This document shows positions 34,757-45,020 of a stretch of 64,000 bases of DNA, in pieces. Position numbers and translations under genes: made by a program. Location of the stretch: NCBI GenBank assembly GCA_000004985.1, contig GG738919.1. One strand, written 5' to 3'. The stretch's first letter is position 1. Every line of letters starts with the position of its first letter. The stretch comes from Naegleria gruberi (taxonomy: Eukaryota). Below the pieces are notes generated by a model. It had not been told where the DNA came from and searched no databases. It saw only the letters and a program-made list of their open reading frames with translations.

Positions 34757-35952
34757 TTAAACTTTGAATAATTGCAGCTTGTTATTGGGAAGAAGTGTTT
34801 GCCAGTGACTCAGGAATTGAAGTAGAGTTTTTGAACCATGTTTGAAGAGGTAGGAAATGAGGGAGTGGAGTGTATCATGATCGGAGGAGAGTAGTTTCTT
34901 TGTAATTTGAATCATTACAAAGTTAGTCCAAGAATTCGACAATTCGGCAAGTAAGAGTATGAGATAATGAGAAAGATTGCAGTCGAGGAGACTAATCTCA
35001 CCTGTATCGAAAATTCTACTGACATACTTGGATTGTTGTTTCCAATTTGAAAGAATGTTTGGTAATTCCTCAAGAAGGAGATTTGAAAATGTGTCCAAAT
35101 GTTGGGAAGAAAGGTCAGTGATGGAAAGAATCAATGTTTCCAATCCTCTACTATTGCTTGCCACAATTTTACATAAACGTTTGAAAAATTTGGAAATTCC
35201 AGAGCTGTACATTTCTGACAGTATTTCTAATTGTGAAGTAATTAATTTCACCTGGACAAAGGAGACATGTCTACATTTCACACAATATTCCAAAGAACTT
35301 GTATAGTAATTGGTGTTCACCTCTAGTAAAGGAAAATTATCTACATGTGAAACTGCATTAGAAAATAATTGAGAGAATTGACATTCCTTCTCAAACATCT
35401 GTTCCAAGTAGTTATCCAATATTCCAAACTATTTAAACTACTCACATCAGTAATCATATTCAAAATATTCACAATTGGAGGCTCATCCGATTTCTCCTCA
35501 TCAAAATTAATTTCTGTCTCTTCCTCTGCCCCTTCTGTATTAAAATCATCATCAGTTGCTGTTGTATCCTCATCCTCTTCTTGTTCATCATCTTCCATCA
35601 AATAATCAAAAGCAGTCTTCTCAGTCACTCCTGTTGTCTCTTTCGATTGTTGCAACATTGTCAATTGTAAGTTCATCCAATCCTGTATAATTCTCGTATA
35701 TAATGCATAATCCTCTTGTTTTCCACTAAACATTGAATTTCCAACATGACGAAAACAACTCGTCAGAAACAACTCTGTTAATCCAACAAGATTGCTCTTA
35801 ATATTCAATAAATTCTTCAACAATTTTACTCTATTCAAATCCTCCAAATAATCCACAGCACTTTCCCTCTCATCAAATTTCCTACACCAATCCAAAGCCA
35901 ATTCATAATCTAATTCCGAAGAAGGCTTGTTTCCATTCGTCGGAACGAACAC
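34757..35952 (-). CDS. hypothetical acidic protein, 2 exons; 5' end unresolved
   Basis: Exon 35952-35446 and exon 35398-34757 are joined by a 47-nt intron 35445-35399 (GTGAGT...GGAACAG) that converts frame A into frame B exactly. Asp/Glu-rich segment DDEQEEDEDTTATDDDFNTEGAEEETE. There is no ATG at the 5' end of the open frame; see the frame-disruption finding. Confidence 0.5.
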
Positions 35953-36653
35953 ACTATTTACAAACCTTTAATATTCTTCCCTCTGAAAGATTTTAATGGA
36001 ATGGTACTTTGCATGAGAATTCCTTCCAATTGTTGAGTGGTTTCTTCCTCTTCATCAAGTTGCAACATTTTTTTTTTAATTTTTAATTTTATTTCCACTT
36101 TTAATCAGAAAATGATTTTGTAAAAATTGTTGAGAGTTGTATTCCAACAGTTGATTGTAAAGACCCAATGCATTTTTCAATCAATAATGGACCTTTACAA
36201 ATGGCCAATTCATCCAAATCTTTTCATTTTTGACTCTTGATCAGAGAAATCAAAACTAGATTTGTCTCTTTTTGTATTTTACATCATCTCTTGCTTTCAT
36301 ATTCCAAACACCAAATCAATTCTCTAAAAATCCCAATAGATCATGGATTTCGCAAAACTCCTCATTCTCAATCTACCTTTTCGAAATCATTCTTCTCCAA
36401 TCGCTTCCTTATGCAGTACCTTTTATGATGTTTTGTGGTGCGGATTCTTTCTTACTACCACCAACACTTTGCGCCAACAAACAACCTTTCATCATTAAAA
36501 AAAAAACAAATACAATCGTCGCTTATTTTTCTGCAACACACAACTTTGAGGAGAGAAATCATATTTCAAGGGTTTGAGAAAACGCATCATCTATTGTTCT
36601 TTTATTTAAAAAAAGTTCACGTTTAGACAGTATTGTGGAAAAAGAGATAGAAA

Positions 36654-39188
36654 ATGGTTGTGGATAATAGCGATAGTAGAACAAGTCTTCGAGTGAATGA
36701 ATCAGAGTTACGAGTGCCTTCTGCAGAATTATTAGAAATGGATAGTAATATGTCGAGTTTTTCGGGCTCGTTTGATATTGCCATCGGAGGAGGAGGAAAT
36801 AAACAATATGAAGACAACTATGATGAAAGGTCAACTACTCGTTCACATAGTAATAGCACTGCAAAGGAAAAGGCAATTTCTGTGCTGCAGAAGAAGTTTG
36901 ACATTAAAAATTTATTTAATAATGAAGAGATGGAAAAGAGAGATAAAGTGGGTTGGCTAAACTCTATTCGATTCAAGACTCTAACAATATTACTCTTGCT
37001 GTTCTTTGTGACAGTGTTGGCTTGTCTGGTAATATTGATCGTTGCCTTCCATTTATCATATACGAGGGTTGAGTACAATTCGGTGGTGGAAGCAAGTGTT
37101 AGAGTATCTCGAGGAATACACGAATATTATAGTGGTCTGTATGTTAAACTTTTGGAATATGCACCATGGGATTCAACTTTGAATCTGTTTGTGAATGTGA
37201 CCTATGAGGATGGTACCACAATTGAGCCAAGTCCTGAACTGGTTGACCAATATTTTACAAACAACATTTTTTGTTCATATATGAGCAATGTTAACTTGTC
37301 ACTTGTTGCTCTGTATTATTTGAACGGAACTAAATTAAGGAGTATGGCTTGCTTTAACTCAACATTGGAGGAGAGTTTACCTGAAGAATTGGAAAATCTT
37401 TCGCCAGATCATTATCTCATTAAGGATATGTCAGTAACATCAACTAGGAGAGCTACCTATATGAAGCCATCATCAAACAATGTAAATCACTCTAATGACA
37501 TGTTAATGCTCGTGGCAATGCCGGTACTGAGCTCGGATTATTCATCAGAATCTGGAGGTGTTATGGTATTCGGAAGATACCAGAACGCTGATGCTATTCA
37601 TGCATTAACTACCAAGACTCAACTTTGTATATCATTTTATAATTACAATTCTTCGAGCGATCAGCTTGTTGTTGAAAAATCAACATCAACAAGTGCTAAA
37701 CAATTCGATTCTGTTGTTTCTTCAAGTGAAGCATTGCAGGTAGATGTAGAAGATGACAGCTGGGTGTTACAATCAGCAATATATGTTTCTACATTTGATT
37801 CTGCAGATGCTGTGGCGACTACAAATAGGTATTGTTATTCTACCAAGACTAAAAATTCTGGAATGACTCCAGAAGCCATTGATGGTGAAAGAATGTCTGC
37901 TTATCAAATCATGTCTGATATTAATGGAGAAAAGACAATTCTCGTTAGAACAGACATGTCTAGAAAAATTTACACTAATGGAATCAATTCTTTCCTTATT
38001 ACTTGGGGAGTAATGACAGTCATGTTAATTATCCTTTCTGTAGCTGTAATGGCCTTTATTGAGCTAGTGGTGCTGAGAAGAATGGTGAGATTAACTAATT
38101 CAGTCGTTAAAATTACAAACAATTGGGAAACTGTTGTGATGAACGGCTCTAGAATTCCCAAATATACCCAAGACGAAATTGGTAGATTGGCAAACCGCGT
38201 TAATTTAATGCTTGGAGTTTTGGAAAAGTCCTATCAACACTTACAAAAGGATCACGAAAATGCTCAATCTCTATTAGATCGAACCTCTCTTGAGGAACAA
38301 AAATATAGACAAGTGTTGAATGCTATATCAGATTTCATTATTACCATTGATTCTAAAGATGGTAAAATATTGAATTATAACACATCATTCCAGGCTAAAA
38401 TCATGACCAGAGTGGTAAATGAGGCCACAGAGAAGAAGGTCACCAACAAGGCAATTAATGAATACTTTGACTCCAAGCCAACCATGCAAGAGTTGCTTGG
38501 TAGGATGGAGGACATTTGTTCTGGCACAGCCAAGATTTGGGAAACTAATTTTGTTTCAAGATACAATGCTCTCATACCCATTCATGTAAATTGTAGTAAG
38601 GTGAAGATTGTCATTGATGGAGGAGAAATTGTGGATGCATTTGTTCTGTTGGCAAGAAATATGGCCGACCAGTACGAACTTCAAAAGACAATCAAGACTC
38701 AACAAGAACAATTCTCAGAGCAAAGAATGAATTTCGAGTTTGACTATTATTGGAAGAATAAGGAAATGAAAGAAAAGTTGAGAATATTCTGTATTAATGA
38801 GAAATCATACGAAAATTGCCTATTCCTTGAAGAAGTTGAAGCATATAGAAAGATTAAACGTACACATAACCGTGTCAAGAAGCAACAGGAAATAATTGCC
38901 AAATTCCTGACAAAGGATGCCAAATATGAGCTCAATATTTCTAAAGAGGAAGAGTTTACAATCGTTTCTAAAATAAGGGATGGATATGGGCAGATAGATT
39001 TGTTGGATAAACTGTTTTCCATTGTACGGGGAATGTTTTATAGAGATACATTCCAAAGATTCCTCAAAGAATTGGATCAAGAGAATGAGTCCACTACTTC
39101 ATCTAGTGGATTGGACGTAGACGAAACATCAGATACAATCTCATCTTCCACATCCTTCACTGATTTCACTGGTCCTACAGATAAATAG
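36654..39188 (+). CDS. transmembrane sensor-type RGS protein: cytosolic N-term, TM1, ~310-aa N-glycosylation-rich extracellular domain, TM2, HAMP, PAS, RGS; 844 aa, single exon
   Basis: ATG 36654. TM1 ~aa108-132 (LTILLLLFFVTVLACLVILIVAF). Many NxS/T sites between the TMs. TM2 ~aa447-474 (FLITWGVMTVMLIILSVAVMAFIELVVL). HAMP signature ...IPKYTQDEIGRLANRVNLMLGVLE. PAS-like block LEEQKYRQVLNAISDFIITIDSKDGKILNYNTSFQ...VIDGGEIVDAFVLLARNMADQYE. RGS fold KEKLRIFCINEKSYENCLFLEEVEAYRKIK...IIAKFLTKDAKYELNIS. TAG stop at 39186-39188. Confidence 0.75.
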   Translation: MVVDNSDSRTSLRVNESELRVPSAELLEMDSNMSSFSGSFDIAIGGGGNKQYEDNYDERSTTRSHSNSTAKEKAISVLQKKFDIKNLFNNEEMEKRDKVGWLNSIRFKTLTILLLLFFVTVLACLVILIVAFHLSYTRVEYNSVVEASVRVSRGIHEYYSGLYVKLLEYAPWDSTLNLFVNVTYEDGTTIEPSPELVDQYFTNNIFCSYMSNVNLSLVALYYLNGTKLRSMACFNSTLEESLPEELENLSPDHYLIKDMSVTSTRRATYMKPSSNNVNHSNDMLMLVAMPVLSSDYSSESGGVMVFGRYQNADAIHALTTKTQLCISFYNYNSSSDQLVVEKSTSTSAKQFDSVVSSSEALQVDVEDDSWVLQSAIYVSTFDSADAVATTNRYCYSTKTKNSGMTPEAIDGERMSAYQIMSDINGEKTILVRTDMSRKIYTNGINSFLITWGVMTVMLIILSVAVMAFIELVVLRRMVRLTNSVVKITNNWETVVMNGSRIPKYTQDEIGRLANRVNLMLGVLEKSYQHLQKDHENAQSLLDRTSLEEQKYRQVLNAISDFIITIDSKDGKILNYNTSFQAKIMTRVVNEATEKKVTNKAINEYFDSKPTMQELLGRMEDICSGTAKIWETNFVSRYNALIPIHVNCSKVKIVIDGGEIVDAFVLLARNMADQYELQKTIKTQQEQFSEQRMNFEFDYYWKNKEMKEKLRIFCINEKSYENCLFLEEVEAYRKIKRTHNRVKKQQEIIAKFLTKDAKYELNISKEEEFTIVSKIRDGYGQIDLLDKLFSIVRGMFYRDTFQRFLKELDQENESTTSSSGLDVDETSDTISSSTSFTDFTGPTDK

Positions 39189-39415
39189 GTAATAATTATG
39201 AAGAAATAATCGCTTTTGTAAAGAAATCCATTTGAAATTTGGAAAAACTTGATTTTATGACAAGTAAGAATTACCTAGTTCCATTAGTAAAAATAAAATC
39301 TGTCAATTCATCTATCTGCATTGTGTTGTTCTTAAAGTAGAGAGTCTTTTTCAGAGTTTCTTCAAATGATTCGAAATAGAGCAAATCAAAAATATCATTG
39401 CCTAGAACTTTTGCA

Positions 39416-40510
39416 TTATGTTTGGAAAAGAGTTTGAATATTTCCAAGAATTTTTCGTAGTCTGCCTGTGTAGCAATAGCATGTGCGTGGTGGTTTCATG
39501 TTTGAGAAATAGTTGCAAATATCAATGATAATTTGCCTTTTATCTGACAAGTTCGTCACCATATGTAAAAGTGGTTCGTATGTGAGTGGATTATCTAAAT
39601 ATCTCCAAAACTTGCCAAATAATTCCACTGGTATTGGATAATCATTTGCAAGTCTACTGCTTGCGTAAATAAAATCTCTGTTCAATAGTTTAAAATACTT
39701 GGCACATTCATTCATTGAATTAACCACAACAATAAGTGCTTTCATGTAAGGATTTTTTGAGGTTGCCTTTTCATCATGAATATTTTTCAAAGGTTTTACA
39801 AGATTTTTGTAAACTTCTTTGAAAGCCACCAAAATATTACCCGGAATTTTATACCTCAAATTTGATTCACTTCCATAGCCATACTTTCCCCAATTTTCCA
39901 AAATGATCTTTGAAGCATGTCTGTAATTTCTACAAAATTCCATAAAATTCTCATTCGTTACCGTCACATCCAAATACTTTTGAATTTTATACTCTACACT
40001 AACCCTAATTCGTTCCTCCTCAAATTCCTTTCCAATTCTTTTCAAGTTCTTACTCATCATTGGATTATAATGTACAAATAACTTTTCCAATTCTCTATAA
40101 ATATCATCAAAGCTATTTCTTCTACCGTGACTCAATTTCAATGTCCCAGGAATACTCTCTATAAATCTCATCTTTAAATAAATTCCAAATCGTGCAATCC
40201 CAAACTCATCACCAAATAAATGTTTAATCGGGAGAGAACAATAAGAAAATCCATCACTATATCCAACACTAGATGAAGAGCCAGATCCGGAGCCAGATCC
40301 ACCACTGTCACCATTAGAAACATTAGATAATGATGATAAACCAAGGCTAATTGTCTCTTGTAATTGTGTTGGCAAATAATAGTCAACAGTTACAAAGCAA
40401 AATATTAAAGGCTTGAGTGAAACAAAATCCAAATAACGCAAAATATCAAAAATCAACTCGGCGGGAACCTGTCGTAATATTCCATGGTACTGTTGTTGTG
40501 ATGAGGACAT
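39416..40510 (-). CDS. F-box-like protein, 364 aa
   Basis: ATG at 40510-40508. N-terminal LRQVPAELIFDILRYLDFVSLKPL is an F-box consensus. Gly/Ser linker. Remainder unassigned. Confidence 0.55.
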   Translation of the reverse strand: MSSSQQQYHGILRQVPAELIFDILRYLDFVSLKPLIFCFVTVDYYLPTQLQETISLGLSSLSNVSNGDSGGSGSGSGSSSSVGYSDGFSYCSLPIKHLFGDEFGIARFGIYLKMRFIESIPGTLKLSHGRRNSFDDIYRELEKLFVHYNPMMSKNLKRIGKEFEEERIRVSVEYKIQKYLDVTVTNENFMEFCRNYRHASKIILENWGKYGYGSESNLRYKIPGNILVAFKEVYKNLVKPLKNIHDEKATSKNPYMKALIVVVNSMNECAKYFKLLNRDFIYASSRLANDYPIPVELFGKFWRYLDNPLTYEPLLHMVTNLSDKRQIIIDICNYFSNMKPPRTCYCYTGRLRKILGNIQTLFQT

Positions 40511-41049
40511 TTTTTTGTAATGTTGTTGTCACTTGTAATGTTGTTTGTTTTAAAACGTTCAGATTCAAAATTTACCATCAGTTGAGGAAATACTTTACTT
40601 CCCACTTTCCAGCTAGCTTCCAACCCACAAAAATAAGAGTTTTTAACAATACACATTACAATTAGTTGAAAAGTTGAATAGAACATCCCAAATTTGGGAA
40701 CAGTTCCTGAAACCAAATCCTCTTTTAGCTCAACTGTATTAAGAACGAACAAAACCTCAACATTATATTGTGCTACCTTTCAATTCGACTGTATTGATGA
40801 AGATAACTCACTGAAGTACCACATGCTTATGTTCTAATCAGAGAAGGCATTTAATTTTGGAAAAACAAATCATTCAAATTGAATATTACCGTATTGAAAA
40901 AGTGTTTGCAGTGAAGAGTGAGGATCCACTAGTCATGCCTGAGGTTGCTACCAATCAAAATTATTATTTGGCAGCTTTCATTGTTCCATTTGTGGTGTTA
41001 TTTATTTTGAAAGTCAATAATAATAAATTCGAAAACTTGTTAATAAAAA

Positions 41050-42078
41050 ATGTCTCAACTGAATCCACTTCCCTCGGACATGATCTTTCACATGATGCAA
41101 TTTTGTGATTTTGATCAGATGGCAGTTGTCATGATGGTTTCTTGTCAATGGTTCGGAGAGTCATTAAAATTTGAATTTGAAAAATCATATGCATCAATCG
41201 ATAGGAATAATTTTTCAGAGATTTGTTTACACCCATCATCATTGCTCATCACTAATCTTTCCATTTCACAAGCAACTTGTTCGTGGGATACATTGTTTGA
41301 ACTATTTTCTGAATCAAAATATTTGATAAATTTGAGATCATTATCCGTACATGGAAGAGATGAGACAGTTAATAAGATTGACAAGTTGTTTAAGGGGAAA
41401 ACTCTGAAAAATTTAACCTATTTGGATTTGGATAGAGTTAATATTGGTGATGATGGATTTAAGGCATTGGCTGATAGTCCTTATATCAAAAATTTAATTC
41501 ATTTGGAATCATTTTGGGGTGGGAATTCATATTTGACATCTAAATATATTTCAGAAAGTGAAAATTTCTCAAAATTGACATTTATTGACATTAGCAATAC
41601 ACAAAAGAGAAACTATGAAGGTTATATACATTTTTGTAAAAGTCAATTTCTGTCAAATTTGAAATCTATTTCATTTTCAAATGAAGCCGACGACACGTTG
41701 ATGGATTTATTGACACACAATACATACCTTACTAAACTTGAAAGAATCTATATGGATAGTGGGACTTTCACCCCTGATGGATTGAAAAAATACCTTAACA
41801 GTGAAAATGCTAAGAATATCACTGACCTATACTTGGATTATGCCGAATTGGGAGATGAAGGGATGAAAGTCATTGCTGAATGTCCAAATATGACCAACCT
41901 GAAAGAATTATCAATTGCAAATGCAAATATTAGCAATGTAGGAGCTCTATATTTATTGGAGAGCAAGTATCTGAAAAATCTTACAAGCTTAACACACAAA
42001 AGTAACGATCCATTTTATATGGGTCGTGATATTGATGAAGAAATGGATGCACTCTTGAAACAATCTTTTAAGAACTAA
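41050..42078 (+). CDS. F-box / leucine-rich-repeat (RNI-like) protein, 342 aa
   Basis: ATG 41050 in an aaaaaaATG context. F-box-like LPSDMIFHMMQFCDFDQMAVVMMVSCQWF. Repeated LxxLxLxxxxIGDxG-type LRRs (NLTYLDLDRVNIGDDGFKALA; ITDLYLDYAELGDEGMKVIA). Confidence 0.65.
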   Translation: MSQLNPLPSDMIFHMMQFCDFDQMAVVMMVSCQWFGESLKFEFEKSYASIDRNNFSEICLHPSSLLITNLSISQATCSWDTLFELFSESKYLINLRSLSVHGRDETVNKIDKLFKGKTLKNLTYLDLDRVNIGDDGFKALADSPYIKNLIHLESFWGGNSYLTSKYISESENFSKLTFIDISNTQKRNYEGYIHFCKSQFLSNLKSISFSNEADDTLMDLLTHNTYLTKLERIYMDSGTFTPDGLKKYLNSENAKNITDLYLDYAELGDEGMKVIAECPNMTNLKELSIANANISNVGALYLLESKYLKNLTSLTHKSNDPFYMGRDIDEEMDALLKQSFKN

Positions 42079-42195
42079 TCAAGGGAATCAAACAAAATAC
42101 ATTACAAAAATTATCCTATGAAAATCTACGAATATCCACAAAGTTGTGGAAATTGATAAAAGGTAACCCTCCAACTTGATTCCAAAACAAAAAAA

Positions 42196-43656
42196 ATGAA
42201 ACGACACGATTCACATTCAACGGAGCATCTTTCGAAAAAAACCAAGCTAGATTGCTCCTCCCAATCTCTAATACACTTGACCAATGAAATACTGGCCAAT
42301 ATTTTCCTTTTTTTGGATCCAATCACCGATTTACTGCCAAATGTTATGGCTGTGTGTGAAAAGTTTTTTGAAATTTTGGGTGGGAAGGGAACATTGGACA
42401 CTAAACACATAATTTATGAAAAGATTATTCTCAAAAGTAGGATGAAATTGCATAGGGATCGTTTTGACAAGGCATACTTTGTTAGATTGGTTGATTTTGT
42501 GTCTAGAGCTGCTTGTGTGAACGCATGTAAAGTATTAAAATTGGGTAATAATTATGATGGGGATGAAGGATTGAGTTTAGTGTTGACAATTGATTTTTTC
42601 AAAAAATCAAAAGAAACTGGATGCTTTAATGGTTTGAAAAAGTTATCCTTGTTCAATATATCCATATTCAAGCAAATGAGCCAAAAAAACATCAAAATAT
42701 TGAAAGAATGGGTTTCAAGTTTGTCAAATTTGGAAGAATTACATCTAAATAATCTCATTCCACAAGATGTGATGAATGCTATTCTTATTGAATGTAAGAA
42801 TTTAAAACATTTGACATGCGTTAGTGGCAATTTGGCAATTAATGATGATATGGGACCATTTGCTCTGGAATCATTGGATATTTCCACTTCTGATGATAAT
42901 GACATCAACTATTCATTCTTTACCAGAACACCTCACCTAAAGAAGCTTGCAATTGGTTTTAACTATTGTTTTCCCAATACATTATTCTTGAATATTAGAG
43001 ATTATTGTAGAGAATTGACAGAGTTTTCATATGGTGAAAGAGATATGAATGAAACTGGGAATTTACAAATCATGATGCAAATGAATCAATTGGAAAAAGT
43101 CTGTATTAATACTCAGGAATTGGATCTGGACATTATTAGGCACATTGTAAACACCTTCAAGTTGAAAATGTTTCCAATTTCACTTGGTTCTGAAGGAGAT
43201 TTTAGTGATATTTTGGAGGTATTGGAGGAAACATTGGAACTCGTTGATGACTCCTACGTATTGTACCAAGCCAAACCTGAGACAAATTTTCTCCAAAAAT
43301 GTAAAAAGTTCAAACAAGCAAGAAGATTTCTGACATTTGGTGAGACATTGGAGAATAATCATGTCACCATAGGAGATCTATTCGAAGAATTACCTCTTCT
43401 TAATGAATTATTGTTAACTCTTTCTATTGAAAATATAAGAGAGCAATCATTGAAAGGAGCCAACCAAGCATTCAAACTCATTCATGGAAAGGAAGGAATT
43501 GTGAATGAATTGTTCAATGACACCACATTCTACACCAAGATTGAAACTCAAAGTAGAGGCTCACTTAAATTAAGAGTACGAATAGTTGATTTTGAAAACA
43601 TGGATTATGAACAAGATGAACAAGATGCAATATTCAAGATTTCACTTGTTAAATAG
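42196..43656 (+). CDS. F-box / LRR protein, 486 aa
   Basis: ATG 42196. F-box-like LIHLTNEILANIFLFLDPITDLL...VCEKFFEIL followed by irregular LRRs. Transcribed in tandem with the preceding gene. Confidence 0.6.
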   Translation: MKRHDSHSTEHLSKKTKLDCSSQSLIHLTNEILANIFLFLDPITDLLPNVMAVCEKFFEILGGKGTLDTKHIIYEKIILKSRMKLHRDRFDKAYFVRLVDFVSRAACVNACKVLKLGNNYDGDEGLSLVLTIDFFKKSKETGCFNGLKKLSLFNISIFKQMSQKNIKILKEWVSSLSNLEELHLNNLIPQDVMNAILIECKNLKHLTCVSGNLAINDDMGPFALESLDISTSDDNDINYSFFTRTPHLKKLAIGFNYCFPNTLFLNIRDYCRELTEFSYGERDMNETGNLQIMMQMNQLEKVCINTQELDLDIIRHIVNTFKLKMFPISLGSEGDFSDILEVLEETLELVDDSYVLYQAKPETNFLQKCKKFKQARRFLTFGETLENNHVTIGDLFEELPLLNELLLTLSIENIREQSLKGANQAFKLIHGKEGIVNELFNDTTFYTKIETQSRGSLKLRVRIVDFENMDYEQDEQDAIFKISLVK

Positions 43657-43756
43657 AAGTGGAGAAATCAACTCATCTTGATTTTGAGTACACAAAAGCG
43701 AAACTGTTCATTAAATATTTCCCTCCAAAAATAACGGAAAACAATTTATAAAAAAA

Positions 43757-44905
43757 ATGACTGAAACACTCTTGTTCTCCCGTCATAACCAAGTTGTCCT
43801 GAATAATATTAAGCTTTGGAACATTGGCATCCACAACAAAATTGATTTCTTAGCGGAAAACAAACTTTTCTTCAATTCAAGAATGGCCGAAATTAAGGAA
43901 CAAGCCATCCGATTAAATGATGATGATTTATCTCCCGAGGAAAGAGAAAAAATAAGTATTGAAAAGTTTGTTCTTGATTTGGTTCTGAGATGGAATGTGC
44001 AAGATTACTTTGATGATGATATTGAGAAAAGCTTTCAAGTTCCGTTTTTTTTGAATGAACATTTTAATAAGTATACCATGTACAGCTTGCTGTTTTTTAG
44101 AAATATATTGTTTGAATCTGAATATTATATGGAGGAGTACATTAGAGAATATCCAAAGATAGCAATTTATTCTCCCATGTTCAAATGTTTTGCTAGTTTT
44201 GTAAAGGAAGAATATGACTTGAAGAGCAAGAGATCTTCTATGTTAAATCAAATTCCCTTCTTGAACTTTATTATTAAGCTATTTAATTCTGTAGGAGTTG
44301 AAGTTAAGGTGAATGATTATTTGAGAGATGAGAATGGAAATATCCTGGTCAATCAATTACTAGCAATCAGCTATGAACAATTTAATATGTGTGGAATAGT
44401 TTCAAGTGACTTGTCAATAGAGAGCGAAGAGGAATGGAGAAACTGTATTTTCACATCACACATAATGCAAAGAAAACACACCAACACACAAAGAATGTTC
44501 TCTCTTTGTTTCATCATCCATGGTTGTAAAATTACCTTCTTTTATTCACATCAACCATATTCATTGGATTATTTCTTATTCAATAAGATTCAAACTTGGG
44601 ACTTTTGCAATGCAGATCATCTTATTGAAATAGTTGGATGCCTTTTCATGTTTATAAATCTTTCTTGGATGAATTCAAAAACAAATCCTTTTGGATATAT
44701 TGGTACACAGATTCTTTCTGCAATGAACACTGTTGCACTTTATGAACAAAAACTAAAAGAAAAACTAAAATATGAAGAGGAGAGACAACAGTATCGGATA
44801 ATTAAGGAAAAGCATAGATTGTTAAAAAAAAAGAGAAAGGACAAAAAAATTAAGTTTACTGAGAGTGTTATTGACCAATTATTGAAATGCACAATTACCA
44901 AATAG
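43757..44905 (+). CDS. hypothetical protein, 382 aa, Lys-rich C-terminus
   Basis: ATG 43757 (aaaaaaaATG). No motif recognised. C-terminal KKKRKDKKIK, possibly an NLS. Confidence 0.5.
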   Translation: MTETLLFSRHNQVVLNNIKLWNIGIHNKIDFLAENKLFFNSRMAEIKEQAIRLNDDDLSPEEREKISIEKFVLDLVLRWNVQDYFDDDIEKSFQVPFFLNEHFNKYTMYSLLFFRNILFESEYYMEEYIREYPKIAIYSPMFKCFASFVKEEYDLKSKRSSMLNQIPFLNFIIKLFNSVGVEVKVNDYLRDENGNILVNQLLAISYEQFNMCGIVSSDLSIESEEEWRNCIFTSHIMQRKHTNTQRMFSLCFIIHGCKITFFYSHQPYSLDYFLFNKIQTWDFCNADHLIEIVGCLFMFINLSWMNSKTNPFGYIGTQILSAMNTVALYEQKLKEKLKYEEERQQYRIIKEKHRLLKKKRKDKKIKFTESVIDQLLKCTITK

Positions 44906-45020
44906 TCTGGTAACAATTTCATAATTCAAATGTGTAGTATTGCTCATATTTAGGCTAATCTTGTTGTATATAATTTCACTGGTTTACTAATTTTACCAAC
45001 ATTTCAATATTTATTCGAGA

